Shown one piece after another: positions 1-10,152 of a stretch of DNA of 64,000 nucleotides. Each line of letters begins with the position of its first letter. The stretch's first letter is position 1. The notes beneath the pieces were generated by a model. That model searched no databases and was not told where the DNA came from. It worked only from the letters and a program-made list of their open reading frames with translations. The translations under genes and the position numbers were made by a program. Source of the DNA: an uncultured Candidatus Rokubacteria bacterium (lineage in GTDB: Bacteria > Methylomirabilota > Methylomirabilia > Rokubacteriales > DASRDR01); NCBI GenBank assembly GCA_963708025.1, contig CAVPSB010000018.1:32001-96000 (forward strand), in the 5' to 3' direction.

Positions 1-2
1 CC

Positions 3-212
3 GAGCTCGTCGCGCGCCTCCGGAGGAGCCACGCGGCGGCGCTCGAGCTCCTGGGCACGCTCGACGGCGAGCCGCACATCGACCTGCGCGTCCCGGACGG
101 TGACTTCGGCGAGCTCAACTGGAAGGGCTACGCGCTCATCCTCCGCCTCCACTACAAGGACCACGCGCAGCAGGCCCGGAAGGCGCTGGAGACCCTCGCC
201 GGCCGCCACTGA
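3..212 (+). CDS. C-terminal part of probable DinB-superfamily protein (starts before window)
   Basis: Open frame ...FGELNWKGYALILRLHYKDHAQQARKALE..* with C-terminal HxxxH helix typical of DinB/DUF664. Confidence 0.55.
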   Translation, partial: ELVARLRRSHAAALELLGTLDGEPHIDLRVPDGDFGELNWKGYALILRLHYKDHAQQARKALETLAGRH

Positions 213-436
213 GCCCCACGAGACCGTCCCGATCCCGACACTACGGGCTCAGGCAAACGGGTGCCCGAACATGGCCCCGTCTCGGGCGTCCCGACCCCCT
301 TGCCCCTCGCCGCCGGGTGCGGTATGGTCCCAGTCTATCTGCGTGCAGACCCTGCGGGAACACGTGGGGCGGGCGACGCGATGCCACGAAGGTCGGCTGG
401 GACCGCCTACACCCACTGACGAGGAGGGAGCACACC

Positions 437-1423
437 ATGAAGCGAACCACAGCCCTGCTGGTATGCACTCTTTTGGTGCTGGCTTCAGGGCCGGCCTGGG
501 CCCAGCAGATCATGCTGAGAATGGGTCATGACCAGCCCGTCGGCAGCATGTACGACGAAGGCCACACCATGTTCAAGAAGCTGGTCGAGGAGCGCAGCAG
601 TGGCCGCATCAAGGCATCCGTATTTCCCGCCGCGCAGCTTGGCTCCGAGGTCGCCATGGTCGAAGGCCTGCGCCTGGGCTCGATCGACGTCATCTGCGCC
701 AATGCGCCCAACGCGGCGGCCTTCGTGCCGGAGCTCGGCCTCTTCAGCGTCGCCTACTTGTTCAAGGACATTCCGCACTTCGAGCGGGTGGTGAACGACC
801 CGCAGTTCGCCAAGCGGGTCGACGAGATCATCGCGAGCAAGAGCCTCGGCATCAAGCGCATCGGCTTCTACGCGGCCGGTGTACGTAACATCTACAGCCG
901 CAAAGGGTCGGTCGCCGGCCCGGACGACCTCAAAGGGGTGAAGATCCGGGTGCAGAACAACCCGATCGAGGTCAAGGTGTGGAAGACCTTCGGCGCGATC
1001 CCGACGCCGATGAACTTTGGCGAGGTCTACCAGGCGCTGCAGTCGGGCGTGCTCGACGCCGCCGAGAACGGCCTCGCGGTGATCGAGTCGAACAAGCACT
1101 ACGAAGCGGCCAAGTACATCTCCCAGACCGAGCACCAGCGCAACCTCTCCGCCCTGTACATCAACGAGAAGAAGCTGGCCAGCATGCCCGCCGACCTGCA
1201 GAAGATCGTGCTGGACGCGGCGCTCGAGGCCTCCACCCACGAGCGCAAGAAGGACGCCGAGCTCGTCGCCGCCGCCGCCGACCGTTTGAAGTCCAAGGGC
1301 GCCACCCTCACCACCCCGGACAAGGCGAGGTTCATCGCCTTGATCGCGCCGATCCAGGACGAGGTGGCGAACGAGCTGAAGACCACCGATCTGCTGCAGA
1401 TCGTCCGCAGCCACGCGAAGTAG
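437..1423 (+). CDS. dctP: TRAP transporter substrate-binding protein (DctP family)
   Basis: Signal peptide MKRTT..AWA; motifs FPAAQLG, DLKGVKIRV, PMNFGEVYQALQSGVLDAAEN; RBS GGAGGGAG. Confidence 0.95.
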   Translation: MKRTTALLVCTLLVLASGPAWAQQIMLRMGHDQPVGSMYDEGHTMFKKLVEERSSGRIKASVFPAAQLGSEVAMVEGLRLGSIDVICANAPNAAAFVPELGLFSVAYLFKDIPHFERVVNDPQFAKRVDEIIASKSLGIKRIGFYAAGVRNIYSRKGSVAGPDDLKGVKIRVQNNPIEVKVWKTFGAIPTPMNFGEVYQALQSGVLDAAENGLAVIESNKHYEAAKYISQTEHQRNLSALYINEKKLASMPADLQKIVLDAALEASTHERKKDAELVAAAADRLKSKGATLTTPDKARFIALIAPIQDEVANELKTTDLLQIVRSHAK

Positions 1424-1438
1424 CACCCGGCTCGGCGC

Positions 1439-1963
1439 GTGGAGAGACTCTTCGACCGGCTCGAGCGCTGGCTCGAGCCGGTCCTCGCCGCGCTGCTGAC
1501 GTTCATCACGATCGGGGTCTTCATCCAGGTCGTCCTGCGCTACGTGTTCGCGATGTCATTCCTGTGGGGCGAGGAGCTGTCCCTGTTCGCCTTCATCTGG
1601 TGCATCTTCCTCGGCACGGCCATCTGCTCCTCGCGCCACACCCATTTCAGCTTCGACATGTTCTCCGAGATCCTGCGCGGCCGTGCGGCGGGGGTGCAGC
1701 GGCTGATCGTTGATCTGTGCGTGCTCGCGGTCACCGTCGTGATCGTGGTCACGGGCTGGCAGTTTTCCACGCTCAGCCTGGCGCGCCTGTCCCCGGCGCT
1801 GGGCATCACGCTCTTCGTGCCGACGATCGTCATCCCGGTGAGCGGCGTCCTGATGTCGCTCGTGTGCCTCATGGACATCGTGCGCGATTGCCGTCAGATC
1901 GCGACCGGCGAGCGCCCCGGCGGCGCCTCGGGCGCCCGGCCCCCGATCGACTTCTCGGCATGA
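1439..1963 (+). CDS. dctQ: TRAP transporter small permease
   Basis: 4 TM segments, QVVLRY and WGEEL motifs, between dctP and dctM. Confidence 0.93.
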   Translation: MERLFDRLERWLEPVLAALLTFITIGVFIQVVLRYVFAMSFLWGEELSLFAFIWCIFLGTAICSSRHTHFSFDMFSEILRGRAAGVQRLIVDLCVLAVTVVIVVTGWQFSTLSLARLSPALGITLFVPTIVIPVSGVLMSLVCLMDIVRDCRQIATGERPGGASGARPPIDFSA

Positions 1964-3258
1964 TGCATCCGCTCACTTTGCTGCTCGTGTCGATGTCGCT
2001 GCTGATGATCATCGGCGTCCCGGTCTCGTTCTCCCTGATCCTGTGCTCGCTGCTGGTCATCTGGGTGGCGGACTTGCCGCTGACGGTCGCGGTCCAGCAG
2101 ATGTTCACGGGTGTCAACGCGTTCACGCTGCTCGCGCTGCCGTTCTTCTTCCTCGCCGGCAACGTGATGACCGAGGGCGGCATCTCGGAGCGCCTGGTCA
2201 AGCTGGCGATGGCGCTGGTGGGCCATCTACGCGGTGGACTGGCGCACGTGAACGTCGTGGTCGGCATGTTCCTCTCGGGAATCTCCGGCAGCAGCACCGC
2301 CGACGCGGCCGCCATCGGCTCGATCTTCCACCAGGCGATGACGCGACGCGGATACGACGAGCGCTTTGCCGTGTGCTTGACCGCTTGCACCGCGACCATG
2401 GGCGCGGTCATTCCGCCGTCGATCCTGATGGTGATCTACGGCGCGACCGCCGGCGTCTCGATCGGGGCCTTGCTGATCGGCGGAATCCTGCCGGGAGTCC
2501 TGATGGGCCTCAGCTTGATGGTGCAGTCGCATTTCTTCGCGGTGAAGTACGGCTTTCCACGCGAGCATCCGAAGTTTCTCGGCTTGGCCGCCATCTGGGA
2601 CGGCATCAAGACCGCGGCGTGGCCGCTTGGCGTGCCCGTCATCATCGTCGTCGGCATGGTCGGCGGCGTCTTCACGCCAACCGAATCGGCATCGATCGCC
2701 GCGGTGTATTCCCTGTTCGTGACGCTCGTGGTCTTCCGCAGCCTGCGGCTGGGTCAGCTGAAGAAGCTCTTCGCCGAGACCACGATCCAGTTCTCGCAGG
2801 TGCTGTTCTGCCTCGGCGGAGCGTCGATCTTCGGCTGGCTGCTCGCGTTCTACCAGGTACCGGACATGGTGACCAGCTTCATCATGGGCTTCACGCGCGA
2901 CCCGATCGCCATCATGATCCTGATCGTCGTCGCGAACGTGCTGCTGGGGACGTTCATGGATGCCTTGCCGGCGATCCTCATCTTCGTTCCGATCATCCAC
3001 CCGCTCGCGGTCGCGGTCGGGATCCATCCGGTGCACCTGGGCGTCATCGTGGTGATGACGCAATCCTTCGGTCTGCTCACGCCGCCGCTCGGCATGGTCG
3101 CGATGACCGCCTGCGCGGTGGCGGGCGTGCCGATGGTGAAGATCCAGATGCTGCTCCACCTCATGATGATCCCACTGCTCATCGTCATCGTGCTGTGCGC
3201 GCTCGCCCCCTGGACCGTGCTCCTTCTCCCCCGGCTCCTGGTACCGAACTGGCTGTGA
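1960..3258 (+). CDS. dctM: TRAP transporter large permease
   Basis: LLALPFF, GGLAHVNV, SGSSTADAAA, VIPPSI, FTPTE, TPPLG motifs; ATGA overlap with dctQ. Confidence 0.95.
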   Translation: MMHPLTLLLVSMSLLMIIGVPVSFSLILCSLLVIWVADLPLTVAVQQMFTGVNAFTLLALPFFFLAGNVMTEGGISERLVKLAMALVGHLRGGLAHVNVVVGMFLSGISGSSTADAAAIGSIFHQAMTRRGYDERFAVCLTACTATMGAVIPPSILMVIYGATAGVSIGALLIGGILPGVLMGLSLMVQSHFFAVKYGFPREHPKFLGLAAIWDGIKTAAWPLGVPVIIVVGMVGGVFTPTESASIAAVYSLFVTLVVFRSLRLGQLKKLFAETTIQFSQVLFCLGGASIFGWLLAFYQVPDMVTSFIMGFTRDPIAIMILIVVANVLLGTFMDALPAILIFVPIIHPLAVAVGIHPVHLGVIVVMTQSFGLLTPPLGMVAMTACAVAGVPMVKIQMLLHLMMIPLLIVIVLCALAPWTVLLLPRLLVPNWL

Positions 3259-3303
3259 ACGCCCGCATGGTTCGGGCGGCGGACGGGCAAGGCGCCCGGG
3301 ACG

Positions 3304-3332
3304 TTGACAGCCGCCGCCTAACCCCGTAATTT
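3304..3332 (+). promoter_or_regulatory. Sigma70 promoter of tRNA-Val, left copy
   Basis: TTGACA-17bp-TAATTT, 10 bp upstream of the tRNA 5' end. Confidence 0.85.
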
Positions 3333-3342
3333 ACGTAGGCAC

Positions 3343-3381
3343 GGGCGGATAGCTCAGCGGGGAGAGCGCAGCCCTTACAAG
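3343..3381 (+). pseudogene. 5' half of tRNA-Val(TAC), left attachment site of island A
   Basis: Identical to 28584-28622 (GGGCGGATAGCTCAGC...CCCTTACAAG), then diverges after the anticodon loop. Confidence 0.92.
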
Positions 3382-3400
3382 CCTGGCCGGCGAACCGGAG

Positions 3401-3440
3401 CCCCTCGGTAAGTTCATGGCTTACCGAGGGGTTTTTGTTT
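3401..3440 (+). terminator. Intrinsic terminator after the tRNA half
   Basis: 12-bp perfect stem CCCCTCGGTAAG/CTTACCGAGGGG, 7-nt loop, followed by TTTTTGTTT. Confidence 0.85.
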
Positions 3441-3487
3441 CGCGCGTTGGCTGGTGGGGGCTGGATTTGGGCCGGTTATGGGCCGTG

Positions 3488-3511
3488 ACGGGCATAGTTT
3501 CGGGCATAGTC
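3488..3511 (+). repeat. Putative integrase arm-type site (tandem CGGGCATAGT, 12-bp period)
   Basis: ACGGGCATAGTTTCGGGCATAGTC, identical at 28508-28531. Confidence 0.8.
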
Positions 3512-3608
3512 GGAAGGGCGAAATCACCAGCCGGAGAGGGGAACGGGCCAGAGGAGACGCAGTCGACCCGTGGGTGCTAGAGTATGTCGTAATCCCTCGG
3601 AGCCGTTC

Positions 3609-3815
3609 ATGACGCTGACCATTGAGATCGAGCGGGAAGAGGACGGGCGCTGGATCGGCGAGGTGCCGGAGCTATCCGGTGTCCTCTGCTACGGCGGAAC
3701 CCGGGACGAGGCCATCGCGCGCGTCCAGGCCCTCGCTCTCCGAGTCATCGCCGAACGCTTGGAGCACGGAGAGGCGCCCGCCGAACTGCTGACCGTCTCG
3801 TTCGAAGCGGCGTGA
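3609..3815 (+). CDS. hicB: HicB-family antitoxin
   Basis: IEIEREEDGRWIGEVPELSGVLCYGGTRDEA, typical short HicB. Confidence 0.88.
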   Translation: MTLTIEIEREEDGRWIGEVPELSGVLCYGGTRDEAIARVQALALRVIAERLEHGEAPAELLTVSFEAA

Positions 3816-3960
3816 GCCGCTGGCCCTCGGCCAAGGCGCGGCGGGTCCTGGCCACTCTCCTCCGGATCGGCTGGTCCGTGAAGAGGCAATCGGGCTCCCA
3901 CCGAACCCTGGGGCGCGAAGGCTGGCCCGACTTCGTCTTCGCGTTTCACGACGACGAGAG
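3812..3960 (+). pseudogene. hicA: HicA-family toxin, C-terminally truncated
   Basis: RVLATLLRIGWSVKRQSGSHRTL...FVFAFHDDE; similarity stops before the terminal helix. Confidence 0.8.
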
Positions 3961-4393
3961 ATCCGGACGTTGTTGGGCCACGTCAGCCCGCAGGACGAGG
4001 AGCGAATTGTCGAGGACGAACTCAACGGCTGTCCGCACAGCGCGCTGGCGGCGATCAGGTGCCCGCCGGGGAGCGGCTTGCGGAGCCGCGCCACCGCCAC
4101 CTGGGTCGCGACGGCCGTCATCGCCGCCAGGGCCAGGAGCACCCAGCAGCAGGCTGGACTGGCCCGATCGCGATGGCCCGACGAGCGCCCGGGCCTCCGC
4201 CGCGCTCCAGGGTGAGCGACACATCACTGAGGATCGTCGCCGTCGGGCGCCCGGACACGGCCGGGTACCGAGCGGAAAGTGCTCCACCTCGAACAGCGGC
4301 CGGCAGCCGCTCCCCCGGGGGTCGCGGTCGAGGTTCACGCCACCGGCCGCCTCGTGCACGCGCATGTCGGCTCGTCGCGTGCCCCGGACCGCG

Positions 4394-4744
4394 CTACTTG
4401 AGCCCCAGCTTCGTGATGCGGCTGCGTAACGTCGAGGGCGGGAGTCCGAGGATCGCCGCCGCGCCGCCTTTGCCGGCGATCTGGCCGCCGGTGTGGCGCA
4501 GCACCTCCTGGATGTACTGCCGCTCCATGTCATCGAGCGAGATCAGCTCGGGGGCGGCGGCCTCGCCGGGGGCCGCGGCCGGCCCGCCGGCCTGGCCGGC
4601 GCCCGGTGCGCACTCGGCGGAGAGCTCGATGGTCAGCACCTCGCTCTCGGCGAGGAGGACCGCCCGCTCGATGGTGTGCTCGAGCTTCCGCACGTTGCCG
4701 GGCCAGTCGTATCGGAGCATCTCCTCCATCGAGGCGCCGCCCAC
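4394..4744 (-). pseudogene. C-terminal fragment of sigma54 enhancer-binding (FhlA/NtrC-like) regulator
   Basis: YDWPGNVRKL motif and Fis HTH (GAAAILGLPPSTLRSRITKLG); no GAFTGA/Walker region. Confidence 0.85.
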
Positions 4745-4785
4745 GTGGCCTGGCAGACGGCCGGACGCCCCGGCGAGGCGGCGCC

Positions 4786-5401
4786 GTTAGTCACGACGTT
4801 CCTCGCGCGGGTCCAGGCCGCCTACCCCCCCGCCGACGCGCTTCGGCAGAAGTTCGACTTCTGGTGGACCTACACGCTACGCCTGGCGGGCGGCGAGCGG
4901 GTCGAGCTCGCTGGCCTCGCCGAGGCCGAGCGGGCGCGCCGCGCCGCCGATGCGGCGTACCGCGCCGAGGTCGAGGCCCGGGTCGCGGAGGCCCTCGAGC
5001 GGAGCCTCGCCGGCTTCCGCGCCCAAGTGGCCGAGGCCTGCTAGGCCGTCCTCGCCCACCTCGGGTCCGGTCGGCCGGTGCGGGAGGGCGCCCTCGAGCG
5101 ACTCCGGCGGACGATCCGGCGGTTCCGGGCTCTCAACGTGGTGGAGGACGACGGGCTCGAGCGGCAACTGGCGACGTTCGAGCAGGCGTGCTTGGACGGA
5201 CTCGACGCCGCCGCGGTGAGCCAGGCGCCCGACCTGCGGGCGACGCTGGCCGCGGGGCTCGAGGCCGCGACCGCCGAGCTCCCGCGGAGCGGGCTGACGG
5301 GCCGCGCCCTCCGACGGTTCGATATCGAGGACGAGGTCGGGGACGGGACAGGCGATCCCGGGCGGATCGGGGCCACCACGGATGCGTCCACCGCGGCGTG
5401 A
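4786..5401 (+). pseudogene. Fragment of mobile-element protein (DUF3150-like) with in-frame TAG at 5042-5044
   Basis: AYPPADALRQKFDFWW... continues in frame past TAG into ...RRTIRRFRALNVVEDD; no start. Confidence 0.4.
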
Positions 5402-5445
5402 GCGCGAGGGAGGGGCGGGGACACGCCCGCCTCAGGATGCTCGGG

Positions 5446-5590
5446 TTACGCCGTTCGATCGAGCGTTCGGACAGCCACCAAGTCGTTGTCCGCGACGCGG
5501 CGGACGTCAGTGAGGCGGAGCGTCACGAGCGCCTGGGTCCTCCCGGACGCCGTCACGAACTCCAGTTCGAGACCATCCGGCTCCGAGGGA
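5446..5590 (-). pseudogene. DUF4926-family C-terminal fragment
   Basis: DGLELEFVTASGRTQALVTLRLTDVRRVADNDLVAVR. Confidence 0.6.
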
Positions 5591-5598
5591 GTGACCGA

Positions 5599-6858
5599 TT
5601 GACACCGACGCTCGACGAGACCCTGGTCGCGCTCCACCCGAGCCAGCGCACGGCCGTGACTCACCCGATGCGCCCCCTGCTGCTCGCGTGTGGCCCTGGC
5701 AGCGGCAAGACACGCATCCTGACCCACCGGATCCGGTGGCTGATCGACCACGAAGGGCTGGACTCCACGCGATTCTCGCGCTCACCTTCTCCCGTGCGGC
5801 GGCGGACGAGCTGCGCAGTCGGGTCGGGCAAGCGCTTGGCCCACGCGCCCGGGCGCTCTGGACGGGGACGTTCCACGGGTCACGCCTTCGAGCACACGTA
5901 CCCGGGCGGCACGGTATTCACCGTCGGCCGGAACTATCGCTCCACACCCCAGATCGTGACGACGGCGGCGCGGCTGATCGCGCACAACCGCACCCGCCGG
6001 CCGAAGCCGCTCGCGGCGGTGCGGCCGGCGGGGCCGGTTCCCACGGTCCTCACATGGCCCGACGACCGGGCGGAAGCCGAGGGGCTGGCCGCCGCGTGCA
6101 CCGAGTGGCTGGTCCCCCGATCGCTGTCCTCGCGCGGGTGACCGCGTGCCTGGGGCCGATCGCGCGCGCCTGCGCGGCCCGCGGGCTCACCGTCCGCGTG
6201 CTCATGGATCGGCCCCAGGCCGAGCGCGCCGCCGTGCGCGACCTGCTGGCCGTCTGTCGCGTGCTCGTCAACCCTGCCGACTGGCCGGCCTGGGAGCGGA
6301 TCCTGTGCGGACTCCGCTGCGGGATCGGGACGAGGACCGTGGCGACGCTGCGCGCCCGCGCCGCCAGCGTGGGGCTCGCCGCCGCGCTGACCGAGGCCGC
6401 GCGAACCCGTCCACGGCTGGCCGCGGTCCTCCAGCAGCTCGCGATCTGGCGCACCGCGCCGGCCCCGGTCAGCCAGCTCCTCGAGACGCTGGCGCGGGAG
6501 ATCCACGGCCATCGCCCGGACGAGAGCCCGGAGGCCGCGGAGGCAGCCCGCGATGCCCGGGATCGTCGCGCCGAGGATATGGCCGCGCTGGTCGCCCTCG
6601 CGCGGCGGTGGGAAGCGGCCGGCGGCGAGAGCCTGGGCGAGTTCCTCGACACGGTCGTGCTGAGCGACGAGGACGCCGGGGCCCCGGCCGCGACGCAGGT
6701 GCTCGGCCTCACGCTGCACGCGGCCAAGGGCCTCGAGTTCGACACCGTGGTCATCGTCGGCGTCGAGGAGGGGCTGTTGCCTCACTACCGCCATGCGGTC
6801 CCCGAGGAGCTCGTCGAGGAGCGCCGACTCTGCTACGTCGGAATGACCCGGGCGCGTG
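5599..6858 (+). pseudogene. UvrD/PcrA/Rep SF1 helicase, frameshifted and internally deleted
   Basis: [47 protein letters not shown]; motifs II-III absent (deletion near 5880). Confidence 0.9.
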
Positions 6859-7203
6859 GCGCCTCAAGCAATACCTCGAGAGCCGGGATCCGCTGGCGTA
6901 CGACGAGCTCGAGGTGGGGTTCTTCCCGACGACCGGCCGCTACGACGCGAGGGAAATCGCTCGCGTGGTCGCGGCGGCGGGGGGAGACCCCTGGCCTTTG
7001 TTCTCGGTGGACTCGCGCTCACTCAGAGCGCTCTTCAAGCGGCAGCCCGTCCTCGAGGCCGCCCTGGCCCCGGTGCACACGCCGACCCCGCCATGGTTCG
7101 GGCATCGGAAGGCGAAGACAGGGGGAGCGACGGGGAAGCTCGATCATTCCGCCGCTCGATCAGCTCGCTTGCCTCGTCACCTAGGATGCCGAGGGAGCTG
7201 CGG

Positions 7204-9135
7204 TCAGGCGTTCGGACCGGGCGTGCCGCCGTCCGGGTCGGGGCGGTCCGACTCCTGCTGCGCTACCAGCGCGGCGGTGACCACCAGGGCCATTTCCGCG
7301 ACGGTGGATGCCTCCAGGAGCGCCAGGGTAGGCGCCTCGACGCCGAGGATCTGCCTGACCCGGGAGACCAGTCGCCCGGCCGCCAGCGAATCCCCGCCGA
7401 TCTCCGAGAACCGATCCCGCACGCCCACCCGCTCCAAACCGAGCACGTCCGCCCAGAGTCCCGCCACCAGCACCTCCACGGGCGACTGCGGCTCCAGGTA
7501 TGGCGCCTCCAGTTCCGGACGTTCGCGCGGCGGCGTGGGGAGCGCGCGCCGATCGATCTTGCCGGTTCGAGTCCGCGGCAAGCTGTCAACGATCACGATC
7601 ACGGCCGGGACCATCCAGGCCGGCAAGCGGGCCGCCACGTGGGCGCGAAGCGCGGTCACTGAGGGCCCCGGCCGTGCCGAAGGGCGCACGTACGCCACGA
7701 GCCGCGATCCGCCGCCGCTATCCCACGCGACCACCGCGGCCTCGTGTACCCCGGCGACCTCGCCCAGCGCGAACTCGATCTCCAGAGGCTCGATCCGGTA
7801 TCCCCGAATCTTGATCTGCTCGTCCTGCCGCCCGCGAAGCACCAGGCACCCGTCGGCTTCGATGGCGCCGACATCGCCCGTTCGGTAGATCCGCGCGCCG
7901 CCCCCTCGGAAGTCGGGCTGGAAGGCACCGGCCGTCAGGTCGGGTCTCCGCCAGTAGCCCGGGGAGAGAAACGCGCTCCGGACCGCGATCTCACCCTCCC
8001 GTGCGGACGCCGACACGCACCCCTCGTCGTCCAGCACCAGGAGCTCGGTGCCGGGCACCGCGTACCCCGCCGGCACCATCGCGGACGCCAGGATCGTGGT
8101 GCCGTCGATGAAGTACTGGCTGACGCGGCCCGTCTCCGAGATCGACAGGCCGACACTCAGCACCGCATCCGGCGCCAGGTGCCGCTGGAACCCCTCGACG
8201 TCGCGGCGAAAGATCGGCTCGCTTCCCACCCGCACCAGCCGGAGCGCCGGGAAGCGGGTCGTGCCGTCGAGGGTCCCGATGAATTCTCGAAAGAGGCTCG
8301 CCCCGGCGCTCAGTACGGTGATCCCGTGCTCGGACAGCCACGGCGTCAGGCGCCCGAGTCCCTCCCGGCGCGGGTCGTACGGGAAGAGCGACGCCCCGTT
8401 GAGCACGCTTCCGAAGAGATGCCAGACGGACCCGTTCCCGCTCGGGTGAATGAGCTGGGAGAGGCGGTCCTCGGCACACAGGTGGTGCGTGTTCGTGTAC
8501 TCCCGGATGCCGTGCATCACCATGCGGTGCGTGTACAGGATCCCCTTCGGGGTGCCCGTCGAGCCCGATGTGTAGACCACGTACGCCGGGCGCTCCGGCG
8601 CAATAGCGCCCCTCGGGGAGCCGGGGTCGTCCCCGACGGCGAGCGGAGCGAGGTCGATCGTCGGCATCCCGTCCGCCACCTGGGCGGCGAGGGTCGCGTG
8701 ATCGGTGTCGGTCACGAGAAGCCCGGCGGCGGCGCCGTGCAGCATGTCGGCGATCCGCGCCGGCGGCAGCGACGGATCCAGGACCATGTAGAAGCCGCCC
8801 GCCTTCAGCACCCCCAGCACGGCCCCGGAGAGCGCGGCATCGTTCGCGAGGAGCACCGCGACCGGGACCGCGACGGGGGCTCGATCGCGGACTGCCCGGG
8901 CAACCCGATTCGCCAGCGCGTCCAACTCCCGGTACGTGAGCCGGGACCGGCCGCTGCAGACCGCGACTCGAGGCCCGTGCCGCGCGACCATCGTCTCGAA
9001 GCGATCGACGATCGAGACTTCCGCGTCCGTGTCGGCGAACTCGGTGAACGGGGCGCCGGGGTGGATGCACCGGGCGTGGATCGCCCGCTGCGCCGGCGGG
9101 AGATAGGCCGCGTGAGCGTCACAGCGAACCGGCAT
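7204..9135 (-). CDS. Stand-alone NRPS-like adenylation-thiolation (A-T) didomain protein
   Basis: YTSGSTGTPKG, YRTGD, GRQDEQIKIRGYRIE, GKIDR and PCP motif GGDSL. Confidence 0.9.
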   Translation of the reverse strand: MPVRCDAHAAYLPPAQRAIHARCIHPGAPFTEFADTDAEVSIVDRFETMVARHGPRVAVCSGRSRLTYRELDALANRVARAVRDRAPVAVPVAVLLANDAALSGAVLGVLKAGGFYMVLDPSLPPARIADMLHGAAAGLLVTDTDHATLAAQVADGMPTIDLAPLAVGDDPGSPRGAIAPERPAYVVYTSGSTGTPKGILYTHRMVMHGIREYTNTHHLCAEDRLSQLIHPSGNGSVWHLFGSVLNGASLFPYDPRREGLGRLTPWLSEHGITVLSAGASLFREFIGTLDGTTRFPALRLVRVGSEPIFRRDVEGFQRHLAPDAVLSVGLSISETGRVSQYFIDGTTILASAMVPAGYAVPGTELLVLDDEGCVSASAREGEIAVRSAFLSPGYWRRPDLTAGAFQPDFRGGGARIYRTGDVGAIEADGCLVLRGRQDEQIKIRGYRIEPLEIEFALGEVAGVHEAAVVAWDSGGGSRLVAYVRPSARPGPSVTALRAHVAARLPAWMVPAVIVIVDSLPRTRTGKIDRRALPTPPRERPELEAPYLEPQSPVEVLVAGLWADVLGLERVGVRDRFSEIGGDSLAAGRLVSRVRQILGVEAPTLALLEASTVAEMALVVTAALVAQQESDRPDPDGGTPGPNA

Positions 9136-9429
9136 GTCCGTCACTGGTCCGGGCGGCGGACGAGGTCGCCACCTCGGCCGGCCGCGTTGCCGGTGGTGTC
9201 CGGCGTGAAGGAGCCGCGCCGTGCACGTTTTCTGGCCCCCTTCCCCCGGCCGGTCATCCCGCTCGCTCCGTGCCCACCGTGCCCAGACTGTATCGCACCG
9301 CCGTCTTGCCCGGCAAGGGCGCCGGCATCGCGGGGATGGGGACCGGAACCCGTTGCTGACCGGACACGGGCGCGCTCGACCCTCGGACATCGCCGTCGCC
9401 GTGAAGTGGCTCCATGCCGCGTGCGCGAT

Positions 9430-9630
9430 GCTTTGTGCGATGCCGCCATTGCGGCCTCAACGAGGGCCGTCCGCAGGTGCACGTTGCCTTTGCGGACGCC
9501 CGCGCGCTTGCGCTTACCGGCGCTCTCGTTATTGTCGGGACACACACCCGCCCACGCCGCGGCGTGCGGGGCGCGGCGAAACACGGTCATGTCCGTCCCC
9601 AATTCGGCCACGATCACCGCCGCGACGACC
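9430..9630 (-). mobile_element. IS110-family transposase internal fragment
   Basis: IVAELGTDM...AWAGVCPDNNESAGK...GNVHLRTALVEAA. Confidence 0.85.
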
Positions 9631-9643
9631 CGGCCGGCAGACG

Positions 9644-10099
9644 CTCTACCTGGTCACGCTCGGCTTCGCCGCGGGGTCGATCGCCGTCATGGGCTTCGTC
9701 TGCGAGGCGACGGAGGTGGGCCGGGCCTTCCGGGCGATCCGGGAGGACGAGGTGCTGGCCGAGAGCCTCGGGATCAACACGACCGGGTACAAGCTCCTGG
9801 CGTTCGCGCTCAGCTCGGCGTTCGCCGGGCTGGCCGGCACGCTCTATGCCTACGACGTCCAGCTCGTCAGCCCGTCGGTGGCGTCGGCGGCGATGACCTC
9901 CCTCGTCATCGGCATGGCCGTGTTCGGCGGCCTGGGGACGATCTGGGGGCCGGTCCTGGGCGCACTCCTGCTCTTCTCGGTCAGCGAGGGCCTGCGGTTC
10001 GTCGGCGTGGTCTATAATCTCGTCGCGGTCGGCCTGGTGATCGTGCTCTTCGTGATCTTCCTCCCGCGGGGCCTGGCCGGTCTGAGGCCCGTAGCATGA
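9644..10099 (+). pseudogene. C-terminal fragment of branched-chain amino acid ABC permease (LivM-like)
   Basis: GRAFRAIREDEVLAESLGINTTGYKLLAF, GGLGTIWGPVLGA, FLPRGL; 5' half missing. Confidence 0.88.
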
Positions 10100-10152
10100 G
10101 CGTGACCGAAGCGTTGAGTGCCCCGGAGACGAGGTGTCGCGGCGGGCTGTTC

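Noticed and set aside
2043-3329. 428-aa ORF ending in the integrase-like DVDSRRLTP as a real protein
   Set aside because: Alternative frame of dctM; only the last about 70 bp are homologous to int
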